A stretch of 63,995 nt of DNA, filler included, from Bonamia ostreae (taxonomy: Eukaryota), in NCBI GenBank assembly GCA_040357525.1. It is 16 parts of 16 records of this genome, joined end to end, with 100 filler letters (N's around TTAATTAATTAA, not from the genome) between each part and the next. Parts side by side here need not be neighbours in the genome. Positions count along the whole stretch, not along the records: positions 1 to 3,994 come from JBDODL010000381.1; positions 4,095 to 8,076 come from JBDODL010000382.1; positions 8,177 to 12,155 come from JBDODL010000383.1; 13 more parts are not named here. One strand, written 5' to 3'. The position numbers were made by a program, and so were the translations under genes. Numbering within the stretch: position 1 is the first letter of the stretch; every line of letters begins with the position of its first letter. Shown here piece by piece: positions 1 to 11,231 of the stretch. The notes below the pieces were generated by a model. The model was not told where the DNA came from. It saw only the letters and a program-made list of their open reading frames with translations, and searched no databases.

Positions 1-126
1 TTATAAAGCAAATTTTGCTTGACAAGACATATGTTTTATCGCTCAAAAGTCTTTGATGGCGGTTGTGCATAAATGCACATTTGTGGTCTGACAAATCGAT
101 ATTCCGAAACAAAACTATCAAAAAAT

Positions 127-1576
127 TTATTTCCGCGGTCTCTCGTCTTCGACCACGGCATCGTCATGTCTACAAATCAGATCGGGAACTTGTAGTTCTC
201 CAAATGCGAAGGAAGTTTGTTGAAGCAAAGCACGCCATCCCCGAACCAGTAGTTTCGACTGTGCTCGTCGGAAACTTCCGCCTCCGCTCTCACTTCTTTT
301 TTCGCAAACGATTTTGCATCAAAATGTAAAGCTCTGCTGAATTTGAAGACTTTAGCGAGAGTCTATATAACTTAGAATGGACAAACATCTTTCTCTCTCT
401 CCTCTTTGCTTTGGAAGGGCTTTTTCGCGTACTTCGCCGAGCGCCGCTGCAAAGCTGTTTCCGGCTTTTTCTGCTTCCTAAAAATGTCTCGAAAACCTCT
501 TTCCGAGCGCTAAAATGCCCATGTCTCGCAATTCGGACTGCTTTTTCTGTTTTATCATTTCGTTCTTCAGTTTCTTGTACTCTTTCAGCGCCGCGGTTTC
601 CTTCGCGTTTTTCTGGTCGTCCTTTTCTTCGGCGGAATCGTTTTTTCTGTTGGTCCGACTTTCCGTTTTGCGCTCAACGCTGTTTCCTCTCTTCTCTTTT
701 CTTCTCTGCGGCGCTGTTCCTTTGCTTATCTTTTCTTCGTCCCAAAATTCCTTTGTCTTTTTGAAGGCTTCGTGCGCGCTGGAAAACTTTTTGGGCAAGT
801 TCGGGCGCTTCGAGAGAGCGGGCTCTTCTTCGTCTTCGCTGGCGAAGGACAGGAGGTTCTTCTGCTTGCGGCCTGCTTGCGGCGCGCCGGTCCCGTCTTT
901 CTGCTTGGTTACGAAGACGGACGAAGGCTTTCCCGGGTCCTCCGCCGAGCGCTCTTCGCCGGCGCGCTTCGCGATGTCCGGGAAGGGGTTCTCCAGGATG
1001 GATATTCTTTCTATCGTCGGCGGATGCAGCGGCCTGTCCTGCTCGCCCAGCTCTTTGGAGGTGGCGCTCGAAACCTGTCTTCGCGACGTCCAGCAGCGTG
1101 AAGATGGACGCGTCCGGGACCTTCCCGAAGATGGTGTGCTTTCCGTTCAACCACGAACAGCTTAAATTACTTAAGAAACTCCCCTAAAGTGATGAAGAAC
1201 TGGCTCTTGTTCGAATCCGGGAAGCCGTCATTCGCCATGGCGAGCATCCCCCTGTGCGAGAACTTGAGTTTGCCGTGGAACTCGTCTGCGAACGGCGCCC
1301 CGAAGCTGGAGCTGCCCCCGAAGCCCGTTCCAGTCGGGTCTCCGCCTTGGATCTAACTTAGAAAGGGAAACGAGTTTGCCCGGCAAAACGCGATGGAACG
1401 GCGAGCCGTCGTAGTAGCCCTTTGTTGGAGACAAAAACATCTGCGCTGAGCTGCAAAAAGTTGCGGCAGGCCTTCGGCGCCGCCTTCGGCCAAAGCGCGA
1501 TGTTCACGTCTCCGCCGCTGGTGTGCAGGACCAGCTTCCCCTCCGTCTTGGGCTCGTACACAAAAGTTCTGTCCAT
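127..1576 (-). CDS. CWC27: Spliceosome-associated cyclophilin CWC27 (7 introns of 19-24 nt)
   Basis: Spliced translation [83 protein letters not shown] matches the CWC27 cyclophilin domain and charged tail. Introns at 1420-1438, 1353-1371, 1161-1179, 1053-1074, 478-496, 363-386 and 170-189 restore the frame. Confidence 0.9.
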
Positions 1577-1665
1577 AAACACTGCGAAACGCGTTTTAGC
1601 TTAAGGAGATAAGCTTTAGCGATTTACTTAATTTTCGATTTCTTTAAAATAAGCGTAAAAGTTGG

Positions 1666-2658
1666 ATGGGCAAAATAATTTCCAATCTGAGCTACAGAAA
1701 CGATTACAAAAAGTGCGAGTTGAACTTCGAAGAGGCCAAGCCCAGCGATGACGCGAAGGCCATTTTCGACCTCCTGAAGGAAATGTTCGAGAAGTCGGGC
1801 CGACTCAAGCAAGAGCTGGAGAACTACCAGGACTGCACGAAGGAGGTGCGCGAAGCGATGGAGAACCCGGACGACCCGGAGGTGGTCTCCCGCTGCTTCG
1901 CCGTCATCAACGAGCGCGTCGCGGTCGGGAAGCGGCTCTACGACTTCTCGCTGCTCGCACAAAACGCCCTGGACAGGTTCATCGAGATCTTCGAGCCCAT
2001 TCTGTCTTCCACCGACGCGCTGAAGCCGCTGCTGGTTTGCGCTTTGACTCCATTAGGTCAACGAGCAGGCGCTAGTCTACCAGGTCATCCATCTTCTCGC
2101 GTCCATCTTGAAGGTGGACGAAGCCAAGCTGAAAAAGCCTGCTCTGCAGAACGACCTGGCATTCTACAGGCGAGTCCTGCCCAAGGTCGGGATCGAGACG
2201 GAACTGTGCATATCGCGCAACGACGTGAACAACATAATCAGCTTCCTCGCGGAGCACATTCCTCTGACGCGCTCGATTTCGAACAACTTGGCAGAAACTG
2301 CGAAGGACAAGACGGCCGTCGCCGAGCTGCTCGCCGAGATGGCCAACGGCAGCTTCAAAATCGTCCACGCGAAGAAGTTCCCTCCGGAATCGCCGGAAAA
2401 CATCGTCTTCCTCCAAGCGATGGTCCTCACCATCATAGTCTACGACTCTCTACGCCCAGATGGGGCGTTCACGAGCGGAAGCTCGATTAACCTGCGCTTT
2501 ATCCTGCGCTTCCTGCAGAATAGCCCCATCTCCGACTTCAAGGAAGCGAAAGCTCTGTGCAACCACGTCCGGGTTTGTTTGAAAACTCTAAGTACGGCTG
2601 CAATCCCGACAATTATCGGAAGGCGCCGGAGAGCATTCACTCAATGTTTGATTTCTAG
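1666..2658 (+). CDS. FAM49: CYRI/FAM49 (DUF1394) Rac-interacting protein
   Basis: MG N-terminus, 'LNFEEAKP', 'EQALV', 'PALQNDLAFYRR', 'ISFLAEHIP', 'IIVYD..PDGAF'. Introns 2035-2056 (22 nt) and 2573-2592 (20 nt). Confidence 0.85.
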
Positions 2659-2688
2659 AATTGTCACTATAAATCTAATCCTTTGCAT

Positions 2689-2920
2689 TTATTTTTTCCG
2701 ACTGCGCTTTTGTCTTTCGCGCAACTGCCCTTCTATCTTTCGTTCTATCTGGCTCAGAGTCGCGCTTCCGTCAGTCATGTTCGAAATCGACTCTGACAGT
2801 TCGGGCACGAGCTTCGTGTGTATAAGAGCTCTGCTGTTCGAGTTTAAACTTTTCGAAGAGCGAGTCGAGTTTCGCTTTTTCCTTCGGCATTTTGCAGTCG
2901 AACTTTTGCATTTTTGGCAT
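2689..2920 (-). CDS. Small hypothetical basic protein (~60-70 aa, one 19-nt intron)
   Basis: Removing the GT..AG intron 2831-2849 gives ..MPKEKAKLDSLFEKALIHTKLVPELSESISNMTDGSATLSQIERKIEGQLRERQKRSRKK*. No recognised homology. Confidence 0.45.
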
Positions 2921-2964
2921 TCTCGTAATATTAAAAATTGTCGTTTGTGCCATTACAAAATCTG

Positions 2965-3060
2965 TTGCAACCAAATAAGTACAAAATGTGTTTCTACTAA
3001 ATATGTACTGCTGCCAAATAAGTACAAAATGTGTTGCAGCCAAATAAGTACAAAATGTTT
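2965..3060. repeat. Three copies of ccaaataagtacaaaatgt
   Basis: Direct repeats starting near 2971, 3014 and 3040, just upstream of the LINE remnant. Confidence 0.8.
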
Positions 3061-3924
3061 TATAAGATCAGAGCTCTCAAAGGAAAATTTTTACTGTCTG
3101 GTGCTAAAAGAAAACATCGACATTATTGTCATTCAAGAAACTTGGCTTCAAAAAACAACACCATAAAATTCAAAGAATAGTTCCGAGTATTCAAATCTCG
3201 ATCTAATAGAAGAGAAGAGGTGTCTGCGTTTTTGTCAGAGATGGTATTGGCAGAAAGAAATGGGAAAATCCTCCTGCTCCGGATATCGAAATACAAGATG
3301 CAAAAATAAAGACGGCGAATAAAAGTTTCTTGATAATGTCGATGGGCATACCTTCGTGGAGCAACAGAAATGACATCAATTTGCTAGACAACTTAAATTA
3401 CGAAAATCTAATACTCGCTGGTGACTTCAATAAGAGACCTGAAAACACAAGAAACTCAAAGAAAGTCAATCCTAATAAAAGAAGAGCAGATAACATCTGC
3501 TGTTTTGAGAACAGAATGTAACGAATTAGAGCTCAATATTTCCCTTTCAAAACAAAAGCAGTTTAAATTCAGCAAAACATACCAATTCGGCGAAAGAATG
3601 ATTGACGTTGTCGATGAATTCAAATACCTTGGTGTGAACTTTGATAAAAAAGTAACAATGCGAAATCATTTCGAACAACTCAGAATAAAAACACAAAGAG
3701 CTTGTTCTGCAATAAACAATCTTGGCAAGAGTTTGGAGGACTCAACTCCAAAAAAATCAAAAATTGACGTCGAAAAAATAAGAGCAACGGAACACAAATC
3801 TTTAACCTCAGCAATCGGAGTTGACAAAGGTTGTTCGAGACTAGAAGCATTGACGCTAAGTGACTGCATCCCGACTCAAAAACGATGGGCTCTCCGAGCA
3901 TTGAAGTTCTTTGTGGGAATGTAG
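3060..3924 (+). mobile_element. Degenerate, internally deleted non-LTR retrotransposon (APE endonuclease plus RT C-terminal fragment)
   Basis: APE motifs 'ENIDIIVIQETWL', 'RRGVCVFV' and 'LILAGDFN', followed shortly by the RT thumb-region motif 'VVDEFKYLGVNFDKK'. Stops and frameshifts are present and the RT core is missing. Confidence 0.8.
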
Positions 3925-3994
3925 TACAACTACAAAAAAATCTTCAATTAATTGGAAAAGTGACTTATCAAATAATATTTTAATTGGAAAAGTG

Positions 3995-4094
3995 NNNNNN
4001 NNNNNNNNNNNNNNNNNNNNNNNNNNNNNNNNNNNNNNTTAATTAATTAANNNNNNNNNNNNNNNNNNNNNNNNNNNNNNNNNNNNNNNNNNNN
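3995..4094. other. Artificial contig linker N44-TTAATTAATTAA-N44 (15 copies, about every 4 kb)
   Basis: An identical six-frame-stop spacer flanked by Ns recurs; flanking contigs are unrelated and decrease in length. Confidence 0.98.
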
Positions 4095-4283
4095 CTTTTA
4101 TAAGGTCATATCCGTGGAGAATTGAAATTATTTAATTATTCGAATTTTGACTAAATTAAGTTAAATTCGTTTCTGATTTTGTTGAAAGTTTTAGTTTTTA
4201 AAATTGTTTGAAAGTTATTAAAAGTTTTGATTTTGTTCCAAATTTCGAAAAATTTAGTTTTTGATCAAAAATAAAAATTGAAT

Positions 4284-4994
4284 TTAACAAGCTCTTCTTT
4301 TTCTCTTCCGTTTCAGTTTTTCCAGAATTTTAGTGCTTTTATCGATTTCATCAGATTTGTCGTCAAAACGATTTTCAAAATTGTGAAAATAATTTTTTTC
4401 CTTTTTATTGTTTTCTTCTTCCAAAAACTGCTTTTCGGAACGTTTTCTATCAGCTTTTTTCCTCCTTTCAAAAAATTGTTTTTTGATAGTATCTCCATAC
4501 AACTCAAAGTGTTCTTCTTTCAATCTTTTTTCTCTCCTGCGACTTTTGTGTCTAAATTTATCGATTTCTTCCTTTGAAGCGTTTTTAAGCTTTTCTGGAA
4601 TAAATCCCAATTTTGGATGCGTGTTATTGGCTTCAAATAAATAATTGATTAAAACCGATATATTTTTTAATGCATTCCGCTCTTTTCGTAAAATCCGAAA
4701 GATTTTCGTAAGCTTCTCGGACTTCTATTATATAGCGATTAAAATGGCGATGAAAATAAAATTACTTGAGAACGCTATTTGGGAGTTTTCCGAATTGTCG
4801 TTTTTGTCTGGATGGACAATCAGCGAAGACTTTTTAAAAGCCACTTCGATCTCGTTCTGCAGGACGGTCCAAACGGGCTTTTTTCTTAAGTTTAAAATCG
4901 GAAAAGGAAGTCCCAATGTTTTGAAAGGGGAATCTGAGTTCAATATTTTGTCCAGTTTTTTGTTTTTTGTACATTTTTCGTGATCGTCTTTCAT
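4284..4994 (-). CDS. J-domain (DnaJ type C) protein with basic coiled-coil tail
   Basis: 'SPFKTLGL..EIEVAFKKSSLIVHPDKN..IAFSKVREAYENL' HPD motif. Two introns join it to the 4284-4610 ORF. Confidence 0.8.
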
Positions 4995-5132
4995 TTTAAG
5001 CTCAGAATTAAGTTTTTTGGTGTATTTTTGTTAATAAAATTTCTCGTAACAAAACAACTAGAATTTGTAGATTATTGTAAATTATTTGAAACAATTGTAA
5101 ATTATTTGAAATATTAAAATTTCAATCGGAAT

Positions 5133-5979
5133 TTATTTTAGAAATTCGAGAATGGCTTCCAAAGCACTACTTTTTTTAACAACTTTCACACTGTTTGCTC
5201 TTTTTCTATAATTTCTTGGCGAATATACAACTTTCGAAGATTTATTTTTCGACTTTTTTCTCTTTATTCCGTCGTAATAATCGAACAGTTCGCTTTCTCT
5301 TTATAGCAAAATTTTAACGAGCTAAATTTATCGAATCAAATTAAAACCGATTTTCTTCATTTTTTGATTTTGCTCGTAGTAATTTCCCGTTCATAAGTTT
5401 TTTCAAAAGGTCATTATTGTCATCTCTTTCTTTCTTAAAAAATTCGATTTTTCTCTCCAGCGACATAATATAATTATTTGTTGATATTCGCGCCATTTTC
5501 ATCTTATTTTTTTCTTTCTCGATTCTTTCGATTTTATTTGAAAGTCCTCTGGCGCGTTTTACTTCTTCATTTAGTTCTTCTTCTTTATTCTTTATTATCT
5601 TTTTTATAGTTTGGTCACTCGCTTTTTGTTCTAATGATAACAAATTTAGATTTTTAGAGAGTGATCTTATTTTACAATTGGATTCTGTTATAACAATTTT
5701 ATTTTCTTCATTCTTTTGTTCTTCTGTTTTTAGTTGTTTTTTAAGTTTTAATGTTTCTTTACGATATGTTTCCAGTGGCTTTATTGAAATTAGAGAATCG
5801 ATTAATTATAAATCGATGTGTTAAAAATTTTGCAAAACGAGATATTTGTTAATTTTCTTAGAAATCGATTTTTGTTCGATAGAAAGCAAAATTGATACAA
5901 TAAAATTTTGGAAAAATAATCGATTTGCTTCATTTCTTTCAGCGTTTATCTTTTCAACCAAATTTTTTAACAAATCCAT
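5133..5979 (-). CDS. Hypothetical coiled-coil protein (multi-exon)
   Basis: K/E-rich ORFs joined by GT-AG introns; ends ..SALEAILEFLK*. Start is uncertain. Confidence 0.5.
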
Positions 5980-6289
5980 TTTATTGAATCTAGCTCTTCG
6001 TCTTTTATATTCTTGTTTCTTTAAATTCAAACTTTTATGATAATGAGAACTCGATAAAAAGATTCGATAAAAAAATAAGACTATCATTGAAACCTCAAAA
6101 ATATTTTTTTTAACAAAAAAAAAATTAAATTTAAAAATATTTAACAAAAAATATTTAAATTTTAAATTATTATTCAATCAACAAAAAGTTTCAACATAGC
6201 ACACACTAAAAACAAATAAAACAATTTCAAATATTCTAAAATTCAATAACATCCATTTTCAATATATAAACAGAGATAGAAACAACAAA

Positions 6290-6725
6290 ATGAAAAATTT
6301 CTTTGTCCTCGCGATCGTTATCGGTTGTATTTTTGCAATGCACCACTCTGATCCCAAAAAACACGGCGGTTTTGAAAAAACATACAAACACTGAAATAAT
6401 TACGTTGATATCAATTATCCTTTTATACTTTCTGTAAAAGTTTACATAAAAAGAGGGCTGCGTCAAAGCATGCGAAAAATCACCTTGTTCGTCTTTAAAA
6501 TTAGATGGAATGCAGTTTAAGAAAAAATGCGCCCTTTGCCCAGAAAACCACCTCTGTAATCCAAATAAAGATGGCTTTAAAGGATGCCGACCGATGTGCA
6601 GAAACAATAGTTGCGACGAAATTGATAGCACAGGAAGAAATAGCAAAATGTGCTACCATTGCACTGAAGGAAACCATCTTTGTAACAAAGAAAGTGGTGC
6701 AAAGAAACCAAGTTTGATTGGTTAA
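6290..6725 (+). CDS. Small secreted protein with two 6-Cys repeats
   Basis: Signal-peptide-like MKNFFVLAIVIGCIFA, intron 6369-6453, then two CX3CX4CX12-13CX2CX5-6C units each ending NHLCN. Confidence 0.75.
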
Positions 6726-6827
6726 AGAATATTAAATATCAAAATCTTGCAAAAATTTAATATCTTAAAAGTTTAACGACATTTTCTGTTGTCGTTAAAG
6801 CGATTTTGATAATTTAAAAAATATAAT

Positions 6828-7749
6828 TTATTTTGATAATTCCTCGAAAAGCGATTTTAAGTGTTCAAATTCCTCATTTTCGATATTTTCGTTTAAAAGA
6901 AATTCGGCAAATTCCTTTTCGCCAAAGTTTTCAAAATCGGTCGCCCGCTTGCAACAAAATAAACCGGCATATTCCAAACAAGCGATCGTTATATCTGCTG
7001 CGTTCAGGCTCTTCTTGTTATTCCTTTTCCGTGGAATCAGAAAAACTCGATATTTTTTCTCGTTGTTGCGGGGACAAATTATAAGATTGTGTGGAATCTC
7101 TTTTAATTGGAGAGTTTTGATGCACTTAATCGTCCTTTCGACGAGATTTTTCAACCCCATTTCGAACACGAAAAAACGAGATGGATGAACTAAAGGATCG
7201 TTAACAGCACCAAAGCCATTTTTAAGCGGAAAATTTATCGTTTCGATCGGCAGAAGTTCTTTATTAACAACCTTTTCTCCTTCCGTTCTTTCAAACAGAT
7301 TTGAAGAAAACAGATGAAAGTGCAAGTGGTTGACGCTGGCTTGTCCTCCGAGAGAATTAAAGGCTATCCGAAAAGGAGAGTTTATTGGCAATTTTTGCAT
7401 AAAGATAAGCGCTGTTTCCAAGATGGATTTTGTAAGAAATTGCGGCAAAAGATGGCTGCAAAACGGTACCAAAAGAGCGTGGAAAGGGAGACAAGGAATG
7501 GAGTTAACGAAAAGAGGGTGTTCAGACTCTGTTTCGGAGCAAATGGGATTTTTTGATTTGGGGCTGAAAAATGCAAATATTTCCGTTTTCTTCGCTTTGC
7601 AAAAGTTGAAATTTTGTTTGTCTAATTTGACGTAGAGCGAATTGCGTTCGATTTTCGAGTTCCGTTTTTTCGCTCGATTTTCAGATAAAATGGATAAAAA
7701 TCCAAATTTGCCTTTTATTTTCTTTATTTTCAGTTCGTATCCGGGAAAC
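6828..7749 (-). CDS. GDPGP1: GDP-D-glucose phosphorylase (GDPGP1/VTC2 HIT family), 5' partial
   Basis: 'FRIAFNSLGGQASVNHLHFH', 'IPHNLII', 'RVFLIPRK', 'IACLEYAG'. Confidence 0.88.
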
Positions 7750-8176
7750 CTGTTCAATATCAAATAATGTTGATTCGGAAAATAAAAATTTAAATTTTGA
7801 AAATAATAAAATTTAAATGAAAATTGAAACAATAAAAAAATGAAAATAACAAATTAAACATTAAATAAAATCAATAATTAACACTCAACAATAAATAACA
7901 ATTAGAACAAACAAAAAATAAAATCACATTTAAAAAAAAACATAAAAAAAAAAAAAATAAAAACACACACAGAAAAAAATAAATATAACACAAAACTCCA
8001 ACAATAAAAATTAATACATGATAACAAAAGAAATATATAACAACTTTAATTAAACAAAATTAAAACGTACATACAANNNNNNNNNNNNNNNNNNNNNNNN
8101 NNNNNNNNNNNNNNNNNNNNTTAATTAATTAANNNNNNNNNNNNNNNNNNNNNNNNNNNNNNNNNNNNNNNNNNNN

Positions 8177-9433
8177 GTTGAAGCCAAAATATTTTTCGAT
8201 CAGATACATCGCTTTTCTTCGAGGATTTTCTGGTTTGGTCTTTTTTGTTTCGGCCAAATTTTCATTTTGAAGAATTTTATTAGTTTCAAAATTTTGGTTT
8301 TCCTTAAAATTCAAATTTTTAAAATTTTCTTCTTTGGAAATCGGTAAATCAAAATTGTCAAATTGTCTCAAATCGTCCAACATTCGAACGTCTCCGAACA
8401 ATTCATTCTCGAAATCCTCCGGAAGACTCATCGGCGCATTCGTTTCTATCATTTCATCATTCCCAAAATCAAATTTTTCCAATTCTTCGTTAAATAATTC
8501 ATTTCTCTCAAAATTTTCGTCCATTTTATTATCACAAATTTTGGCTTTTTTGGAATTTTCAACCGGTTGATCAATATCAATTTCAATCAAGTCGTCAATT
8601 TTTTCTCGCTTTTTAAAGCTTTTCGGAGATTCGATGTTAGATAAAATAACATCTTCAGCGACAATGTTACTGGTGACAGGATTGATCTGCTTAAAATAAC
8701 GAGTTTTTTCGTAGTACTTTTTGGGGAAATAATTTTTGCCGAGACAGAGATTCAGTCCTTCGATTAAAATGTCTTTATCTTTTGTGTATTCGAGGATGTC
8801 GCCATAGACAGAAACTGTTTTTGGCGATTTGCCCATTTTCCTCAGATTTCTAATTCGTTTTAAGGCGATGAAACGGTCGTTTGGAAACAGTTTCATCAAT
8901 TTGTCGTAACATTGTTCCAGAAGAGGGTACAAGTTGTTCTCTTCGCATTGTTCGGCGATTTTGACCCAATTCGAGGAAGGGCAATTTTGTTTCATCAGAT
9001 TTGCAGCTGTGAACCGCATTTGAAGAGATTTGGGCACATCGCCGAGATTTTCGTAGACGTATCCGAGCATTCCGTAATATTTGCTTTTGTAAGGACCGGC
9101 TTTTATCAGTTTCAACAAATGGATTTTGGCCTTTTTGAAATTGATTTTAAATTTTTTGAAAATTAGATTTATAGCTATTTTGTGGCTAGTTTAAAGCCAA
9201 ATTTTGAAATTTTTTTATTTTGTTATTTTGTTTTTATTATTATTAGACAATCTGAAAATTGTCATCAAGCAATCTGAAATTTTGAATGATAATATTAACA
9301 AAAAAACATTTTCGTAATCGCTTTTGATGATGGCATGATTTGCTGCTGAAAAGAGACTAGTTTCATCAATTTCTTCATTATCCGAAATATTGGCTTCAGA
9401 ATGTTTTACTGTATCGATACCCGCAGAAGACAT
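8177..9433 (-). CDS. GTF3C3: TPR protein, TFIIIC subunit Tfc4/GTF3C3-like, 3' partial
   Basis: 'LFSAANHAII..LIKAGP..YGMLGYVYENLGDVPKSLQMRFTAANL..NWVKIAE..CYDK' follows the GTF3C3 N-terminal TPR pattern. Confidence 0.7.
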
Positions 9434-9588
9434 TTTCCAAATGCTAAATTTCTACAAAACAAAAATATACCAAATTTTACTATAATATCATAGAAACTTT
9501 GTTTTGAAACGAGCTTAAAAAACTAATTTTTTTGCATATTGAAATTGTTTAAGAATATAAGCTTACACAAAACATTCTGCAATTCGAA

Positions 9589-10739
9589 ATGAGTACGGAA
9601 AATTTTGGTATGATGAACGGTAATATTTTTTAATCGCGTGAGAAGAAGCTTATTTCGTCAGTCGTCTCAAATTAATTAATTGGATAAACGGTTTTCAGAA
9701 TTTAAAAATAAAGATTTGCTGGAACTGGAAATCAAAAACATCGAAGATTGCGCAACCGGGGCCATTTATTGCCAAGTCGTCGATAGCGTTTTCTGCAACC
9801 AAAATATTGTTTCGATGAAAAAACTTGATTTTTCGGCCAAATATAGCGTTTCCGTTGCGGCTAAATTTTGTAAAAAAATTGTAAAAAATTGCTTTTGGGG
9901 CAATTTTAAATGCACCAAAATTAATTTTGAGCGGCTAAAAATCCACTAAATTTTAGCACGAGTTCGTTAAAAACTACAAAATGTTACAAGAAGCTTTCAA
10001 AAAAGTCGGTCTGTCGAAGACAGTTCCCGTGGAGCGACTGATAAGATGCAAATACCAAGACAATTTGGAATTTCTGCAATGGCTATATCAGTGGTACCAA
10101 AGAAACACGGGCACCGAAGGAGCCATTGAATACGACGCGTACAACAGACGATGTTTAGCAAAAGGCGGCAAATCTTACAAATATAATAAGAGCGCAAATT
10201 TCGACAACACAAAAGTTGTCGAGAACACGAAAAAACAAAAGCGATCAATAAAAAAACCTTTTCAGCAACAGCAAACGCAGCAACAAAGTAAAAACGCGAT
10301 GCAAAAGTTGAAAGAAACGGAAAAAGAAAAACAAAATTTGGAAACGCAAATCTCAAATTTGACGACGATCGCAAAAGAAATCGAAGAAGAAAGAGATTTC
10401 TACTTCCAAAAAGCGTATCAAATCGAAAATCTTTGTTTAGGCCGTAACCAATCGGGTTCGATCAATCCTTTTTCGGTTGGAAGTTCAGCTGAAAAACTTT
10501 CGAAACAAATTTTGGATGTTCTGTATAAAAGCAATAAAGAAAACGCGGTCGATCAAAGCAATTTGAATAATATGAACGAAAATAACAAAATGGGCGAAAA
10601 CGATAAAATAGAAAAAAATGATAAAATGGTGGAAAAGAAAAAACCGAAAAGTTTTGCAGAATCTGTAACAAAAATGGATAAAGATTTGGGTATTGAAAAT
10701 TCTTTAATTGGAGATTATTCGATGAAAGACGAATTTTAA
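9589..10739 (+). CDS. MAPRE1: Microtubule end-binding protein EB1
   Basis: CH domain 'SRLKLINWIN..IEDCATGAIYCQ..NYKMLQEAFKK..KYQDNLEFLQW' and EBH motif 'EEERDFYFQK'; 3 introns. Confidence 0.93.
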
Positions 10740-10814
10740 TTCTATAATTAAATAATGGCGCCATTTATTTTTGAAACATAAAATTTTATCTTTTGCAAAA
10801 CTAAATTTTAATGT

Positions 10815-11182
10815 CAGAATTTTATAAAACGGAATTTTTTTGCTAAAAATGGCGAATTAACAATTTTTTTAACAAAATCAAAATTTTATAAAACGTAATT
10901 TTTATTTCCTAAAAATGGCGAATTAACAATTTTTTTATCAAAATCAAAATTTTGTAAAATGATAATTTTTACTAAAAATGGCGAATTAACAATTTTTTTA
11001 ACAAAATCAAAATTTTGCAAAATGGCAATTTTTGCTAAAAAGGGCGAATTAACAATTTTTTTAACAAAATCAAAATTTTGTAAAATGATAATTTTTATTA
11101 AAAATGGCGAATTAACAATTTTTTTAACAAAATCAAAATTTTGCGAAATGGCAATTTTTGCTAAAAAGGGCGAATTAACAAA
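10815..11182. repeat. Intergenic minisatellite, ~61-bp unit, ~6 copies
   Basis: Repeating aaaatggcgaattaacaatttttttaacaaaatcaaaattttg core between EB1 and PMM. Confidence 0.9.
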
Positions 11183-11231
11183 ACAGATAATTAAATTTGT
11201 AATAAGCTAAATTTTATTAAAACCGTTATAA

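Noticed and set aside
411-1165. Long plus-strand ORFs (411-764, 515-1165, 772-1101)
   Set aside because: Antisense shadows of the GC-rich CWC27 coding sequence.
127-1576. Apparent frameshifts, pseudogenes or an alternative genetic code in conserved genes
   Set aside because: Each break I examined is resolved by a short GT-AG intron, and TAA, TAG and TGA all serve as terminal stops.
3995-4094. Recurrent TTAATTAATTAA palindrome about every 4 kb
   Set aside because: Always embedded in Ns; an artificial contig-joining spacer. Gene neighbourhoods across it have no meaning.
10815-11210. CRISPR-like array or an 83-aa repeat ORF
   Set aside because: Head-to-tail minisatellite without unique spacers, no cas genes, eukaryotic context.
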